The notes below the pieces were generated by a model. That model had not been told where the DNA came from and ran no database searches. It saw only the letters and a list, made by a program, of their open reading frames with translations. From Bacilli bacterium (GTDB lineage: Bacteria > Bacillota_I > Bacilli_A > RFN20 > CAG-826): a stretch of DNA of 48,479 nucleotides. Where the stretch lies: positions 1 to 48,479 of the forward strand of contig JBIIRB010000001.1 of the NCBI GenBank assembly GCA_044341785.1, given 5' to 3'. This document shows, piece by piece, positions 44,758 through 48,479 of this stretch. Each line of letters opens with the position of its first letter. The first letter of the stretch is position 1. The translations under genes and the position numbers were made by a program.

Positions 44758-45933
44758 TTATGATCCTAGACTGATTAAATCTCTAAAGAGCAGTAATATC
44801 ATCAACCCCATTAAAATGATAAAACCTATCATTGAAATCGTGTTTTTAACAGTTGGTGGTATCTCTTTTTTAGTCAGTCCTTCAATGGAAATAATCATCA
44901 GATGCCATCCATCCAAACCTGGAAAAGGTAATAAATTAAAAATAGCGAGATTGACTGAGATCAAAGCCCAAATGTAAATATAGAAACCTAAACCAAGGTT
45001 AGAGAGCACGGAACTGGTTGTGGAATAAATGGCAACGATGCCTCCAACTTGATCATAATTTTGTCCGGAAAATAATCCTATAATGGTTTGCGAAATCAGC
45101 GTCACCCCACCCCACCAATCTTGTGTGGTTTTGGTGAGCGCTTCGGGAAGATTGTAATTTGTTTCCTTAACAAAAAACTCAATGCCAGGATCAAGAAGCG
45201 TGAATTGACTATCCACTTCAATGGTGGATAAAGTTAGCGCAACCTCTCGTTCTAAAAATGATTCACTATTTTCAATGCGCGTTAAAATCGGTAATGAAAA
45301 TGTGATGGTGTCGTCCAAACTGTTGGGTTGATAAACTTCTGTTACGCCTAATTCAATACGTCTAAATTCAATAATATCTAACAACGAGTTATCAAATGAA
45401 GTAAATCCTTGATAGTGAATATTATACGTAATGTCTTCATTGGTAATAGCATCGATTTCGTTGCTCTCGAGCAGTTCGAAATCAAGGATTTCATTGGTTT
45501 GAATACCGCTGGTAAAAGCGATTGAATTTTCTTGGATGGTTAATTGATTCGTGACTTGTCGTTGTGTAAAACCAATATTGGCAACAAAAAACAAAATGAA
45601 TGCAAGGAGTAAATTGAGAATAATCCCTGCAGACATCACCACCGCTCGCTTAGGTTTACTAATCCCTAGCAAACTACGAGAGAAAGGAATTTCTTTATCG
45701 GATGAAGAAGCTTCTTCTCCATGCATTGCAACATAACCACCAAAAGGAAATAAACGTAAACTATATTGCGTTTCCCCTCGCTTAAATTTGATGATGGTAG
45801 GACCAAAACCAATTGAAAATTCTTTCACATAAACGCCATATAATTTTGCCATCGCAAAATGGCCCAATTCATGGATGAAAACGAGTAATCCTAGTGAAAG
45901 AATGAACGCAATAAACGACACTAATTGATCCAT
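44758..45933 (-). CDS. rseP: RIP metalloprotease RseP (site-2 protease, M50)
   Basis: HELGHF zinc motif in TM1 and C-terminal NLLPFPGLDGWH. Confidence 0.9.
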   Translation of the reverse strand: MDQLVSFIAFILSLGLLVFIHELGHFAMAKLYGVYVKEFSIGFGPTIIKFKRGETQYSLRLFPFGGYVAMHGEEASSSDKEIPFSRSLLGISKPKRAVVMSAGIILNLLLAFILFFVANIGFTQRQVTNQLTIQENSIAFTSGIQTNEILDFELLESNEIDAITNEDITYNIHYQGFTSFDNSLLDIIEFRRIELGVTEVYQPNSLDDTITFSLPILTRIENSESFLEREVALTLSTIEVDSQFTLLDPGIEFFVKETNYNLPEALTKTTQDWWGGVTLISQTIIGLFSGQNYDQVGGIVAIYSTTSSVLSNLGLGFYIYIWALISVNLAIFNLLPFPGLDGWHLMIISIEGLTKKEIPPTVKNTISMIGFIILMGLMILLLFRDLISLGS

Positions 45934-45983
45934 GCATTGACTCCTTTAATCATATTAACATACAAAAACAACTAAGAAACTTG

Positions 45984-46946
45984 TTAAATCGCAGCAATAC
46001 CTTCATTTAATATAACAATCATGATCGCCGTATATAATGAGGTTAGAATGAGTGAATCAATGCGGTCTAAAATGCCACCGTGTTCACCAAGAAGCGTTGA
46101 AAAGTTTTTGATTTGAAACTCTCGTTTGACCATGGAAAAAAGTAAATCTCCTAAAACCGAAACAAACGGAATCATCGCTGATAATAGAACAATCCAGTAC
46201 CATTCATTCAAAGTTAAAAACGGTAAGATGGGATAACCCATCATATCTAAACTAAACGCAAAGGTTATTGAAACAACAAATGAAATAACGATTCCACCAA
46301 AAAAACCTTCCCAAGTTTTTCTTTTTGAAACGCGTTCATTCAATTTATTTTTTCCAAAATAAGTGCCGACAAAATAAGCCCCAATATCGGTCATAAATGT
46401 GGAAAGAATAACATATAAAGCTAAAGCAGCATCAAAAAAAAGCGGTCGTTCGATGTTCAACTCCTTATAGACGAATTGTGGTAAAAACCGCAAAAACAAG
46501 AAGGATTGAAAACTCATCGCAACTAAGATGATCATCGTGTTTAAATAGGTTGCATCGTGAACTTTAAAGTTTTTATTCAAGATTGAACTTAAAAACAACA
46601 CACTGACCAAGATAGCTATGCCAACGGTAGAAACATTTAATTGAGAAAAACCTTCTTCAAAGCTCCACAAGGCAAAATCGAATTGATGAGCCGAATAGTT
46701 ATTTCTAAAGAAAATCCAATAAACAAACGAAAAGGACATCACCATGATAAAAATATGCATTAATAAGATGTAACGATTATGCGGCCTTGCGTTAGTAAAC
46801 TCGTGAACCGCTAAGGGTAAGGCAATCACCGTAAAAACGATGATAAACCATCCGCCTAAAAGAATACTTGGGATACCTATCATTCCTAATAGCAAACCAA
46901 CAACGATTCGATTGATAAGTTTAGACATCGACGATACTCTTTTCAT
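45984..46946 (-). CDS. cdsA: Phosphatidate cytidylyltransferase (CDP-diglyceride synthase)
   Basis: The C-terminal signature is SMVKREFQIKNFSTLLGEHGGILDRIDS. The start is set at the ATG at 46946 (MKRVSS), which forms an ATGA overlap with the uppS stop. Confidence 0.9.
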   Translation of the reverse strand: MKRVSSMSKLINRIVVGLLLGMIGIPSILLGGWFIIVFTVIALPLAVHEFTNARPHNRYILLMHIFIMVMSFSFVYWIFFRNNYSAHQFDFALWSFEEGFSQLNVSTVGIAILVSVLFLSSILNKNFKVHDATYLNTMIILVAMSFQSFLFLRFLPQFVYKELNIERPLFFDAALALYVILSTFMTDIGAYFVGTYFGKNKLNERVSKRKTWEGFFGGIVISFVVSITFAFSLDMMGYPILPFLTLNEWYWIVLLSAMIPFVSVLGDLLFSMVKREFQIKNFSTLLGEHGGILDRIDSLILTSLYTAIMIVILNEGIAAI

Positions 46947-47713
46947 TCTTTGATTCCTCCAAATCGACGTTGCCTTTGTTGATAAAGCTTTAAACATTCA
47001 TGAAAGGCGTTAATGGTAAAGTCAGGCCAATAAACTGGAGTAAAGACCATTTCAGCATAAGCAATTTGATAAATGAGAAAATTCGAGATACGGAATTCAC
47101 CTGAGGTACGAATCATTAAATCAACTTGCGGAAGACCTTTCGTATATAAGTAGGACTCGAAATCTTTTTTTGTAATCGATTCGGGATCTTTTTGATTACG
47201 TTGGAAGTCTTTAGCCATTTGTTTTGCTGCCATCACAATTTCATCTTGTCCACCATAATTAAGACAAACATTTAAAGTAAACTCGTCGTAAAGCGAAGAC
47301 CGTAAAATGGTTTCTTCAATTGACTCTTTCAAAGATTGAGGAAGGGCTGACAGATTGCCTGAAACGATAACTCGAACTTTTTTTTCATCGAGTTGCTTTC
47401 GTTCTTTCTTTAAAAAGATTTCTAAATTCTTGAATAAGAAATCAATTTCTTGTTTTGGACGAGACCAATTCTCGGTTGAAAACGCATAAACGGAAAGTAC
47501 TTTAATGCCTAAGCGTATCGATTCTTCTAGTATATCGCGTACACGATGAATGCCTTCTTTGTGTCCTTCTGAACGATTGAGCCCACGTTCAGTCGCCCAT
47601 CTTCCATTTCCATCCATAATCATCGCAAGATGATGGAGGGGCTTACTTAAAACAAAAGGAACCTGCTGAACAGGATCCTTGTTGACAAGCATTTTAGACT
47701 TGTTTTTAGACAT
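46943..47713 (-). CDS. uppS: Isoprenyl transferase (undecaprenyl-diphosphate synthase family)
   Basis: Contains HLAMIMDGNGRWA and IRTSGEFRISNFLIYQIAYAE. Confidence 0.92.
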   Translation of the reverse strand: MSKNKSKMLVNKDPVQQVPFVLSKPLHHLAMIMDGNGRWATERGLNRSEGHKEGIHRVRDILEESIRLGIKVLSVYAFSTENWSRPKQEIDFLFKNLEIFLKKERKQLDEKKVRVIVSGNLSALPQSLKESIEETILRSSLYDEFTLNVCLNYGGQDEIVMAAKQMAKDFQRNQKDPESITKKDFESYLYTKGLPQVDLMIRTSGEFRISNFLIYQIAYAEMVFTPVYWPDFTINAFHECLKLYQQRQRRFGGIKE

Positions 47714-47759
47714 AAATTGATTATACTCCGATTTAAATGTTTACGACCCTAAGCAACAT

Positions 47760-48302
47760 TTACAAGGTAAGAATTTCTTTTTCTTTCACCATGAATGCCG
47801 ACTCGATAGAACGGGAACATTCATCCGTGACTTTTTCAATTTCTTCATGCAGGCGTTTGATTAAATCTTCAGTGTATTCGTCCTTGGTAATTTTGCTCAT
47901 CCAATCTTTGCGAATATTGCGAATCGCAACCTTTGCTTCTTCTGCAATTTTTTTTGCTTGTTTTGCTAACTCTTTTCTTCGCTCTTCAGTTAGCATCGGC
48001 AACATCATCCGAACCATGTTACCATCGTTAATTGGATTAAGGCCGAGGTCACTGGCAACAATCGCGGCGGTAATCGCTTTGCAATCATCCTTTGAAAAAG
48101 GTTTGATCAGCAATTGTCTAGGTTCAGGAATGGAAATGGTCGCAATTTGATTGAGCGGGGTTGGTTCACCATAATAATCTACGAGGACTTTATCTAAAAG
48201 TGAGGAAGACGCTCTTCCGGTTCTGAGCGTTTGAAATTGCTGTTGCAAAGCAAGAAGTGATTTATCCATGCCTTGTTTCATCGTTAGGACGAGTGGATCC
48301 AT
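47760..48302 (-). CDS. frr: Ribosome recycling factor
   Basis: Contains LRTGRASSSLLDKVLVDYYG, the LTEERRKELAK motif, and a 180-aa length. Confidence 0.95.
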   Translation of the reverse strand: MDPLVLTMKQGMDKSLLALQQQFQTLRTGRASSSLLDKVLVDYYGEPTPLNQIATISIPEPRQLLIKPFSKDDCKAITAAIVASDLGLNPINDGNMVRMMLPMLTEERRKELAKQAKKIAEEAKVAIRNIRKDWMSKITKDEYTEDLIKRLHEEIEKVTDECSRSIESAFMVKEKEILTL

Positions 48303-48305
48303 AGA

Positions 48306-48479
48306 TTAACCTTTCTTGATGGTAGTGCCATAACCATCATCTTCTAATACTTTGAGAAAGCTATTGGGCTGATTCATGTCAAATACTTTAATCACAATGT
48401 TCTTATCTTTGACGAGTGAAATCGCAGTTAAATCCATGACTTCAAGTTTTTGTTTGAGCATATCATCAAACGTAATCAC
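48306..48479 (-). CDS. pyrH: UMP kinase, C-terminal fragment (the gene starts beyond the window end)
   Basis: My reverse-strand translation reads ...VITFDDMLKQKLEVMDLTAISLVKDKNIVIKVFDMNQPNSFLKVLEDDGYGTTIKKG-stop. This is a typical PyrH C-terminus in the conserved position upstream of frr. Confidence 0.8.
   Translation of the reverse strand: MITFDDMLKQKLEVMDLTAISLVKDKNIVIKVFDMNQPNSFLKVLEDDGYGTTIKKG

Noticed and set aside
46947-46997. 17-codon N-terminal extension of cdsA overlapping uppS, and similar extensions at metK (4906-4923), malQ (12243-12272), fRMsr (31047-31088) and mrpB (37220-37252)
   Set aside because: In every case an internal ATG gives a better RBS and/or an ATGA stop-start junction and the conserved N-terminus. 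The longer versions run into the upstream gene or leader.
47737-48150. 137-aa plus-strand ORF opposite frr
   Set aside because: It is a shadow ORF antisense to a highly conserved gene, Ser/Ile/Leu-rich as expected from reverse reading of an AT-rich CDS.
1-48479. Scan for CRISPR arrays, rRNA genes, IS elements/transposases, integrases, phage genes, toxin-antitoxin pairs and known defence-system genes
   Set aside because: None was recognised. The intergenic spaces are short (under about 200 nt) and are explained by tRNAs, terminators, promoters and one riboswitch. No direct repeat array was seen.

Overview
AT-rich, very gene-dense chromosomal window with about 50 CDS and 10 tRNA genes. It uses the standard genetic code (TGA serves as a stop), and almost everything is on the minus strand. 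The backbone is pyrH-frr-uppS-cdsA-rseP-polC plus cdaA-glmM-glmS. There is also PduL, a GT4 glycolipid synthase, a maltodextrin cluster, and no wall-synthesis or sporulation genes in view. This suggests a low-GC Bacillota/Mollicutes-like (acholeplasma-like) host, but that is inference only. I saw no rRNA, CRISPR array, transposase, integrase or phage genes. The stretches I would look at again are listed here. (1) A five-gene Nqr/Rnf-family operon ends in an NqrF-type reductase and has no NqrA/RnfC/RnfB gene. (2) An Mbh-style Mrp antiporter operon (E-F-G-DUF4040-B-C-D) has a single antiporter-like subunit. (3) Ten dispersed single tRNA genes all carry G34 or C34, and several are wedged a few nucleotides from co-directional protein genes. 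The nqr and mrp operons each start right after a tRNA plus a terminator-like hairpin. (4) An overlapping operon encodes a flippase-like-TM::GT4 fusion, a PlsC-type acyltransferase and PduL. (5) A CoA-persulfide-reductase/rhodanese operon lies behind a perfect ATACCCCATGGGGTAT palindrome with no regulator nearby. (6) A CotH-family lipoprotein gene overlaps a P-loop kinase gene. (7) An SAM-I riboswitch precedes metK. All functional calls come from motif reading of the supplied translations and my own reverse-strand reading; no database search was possible.
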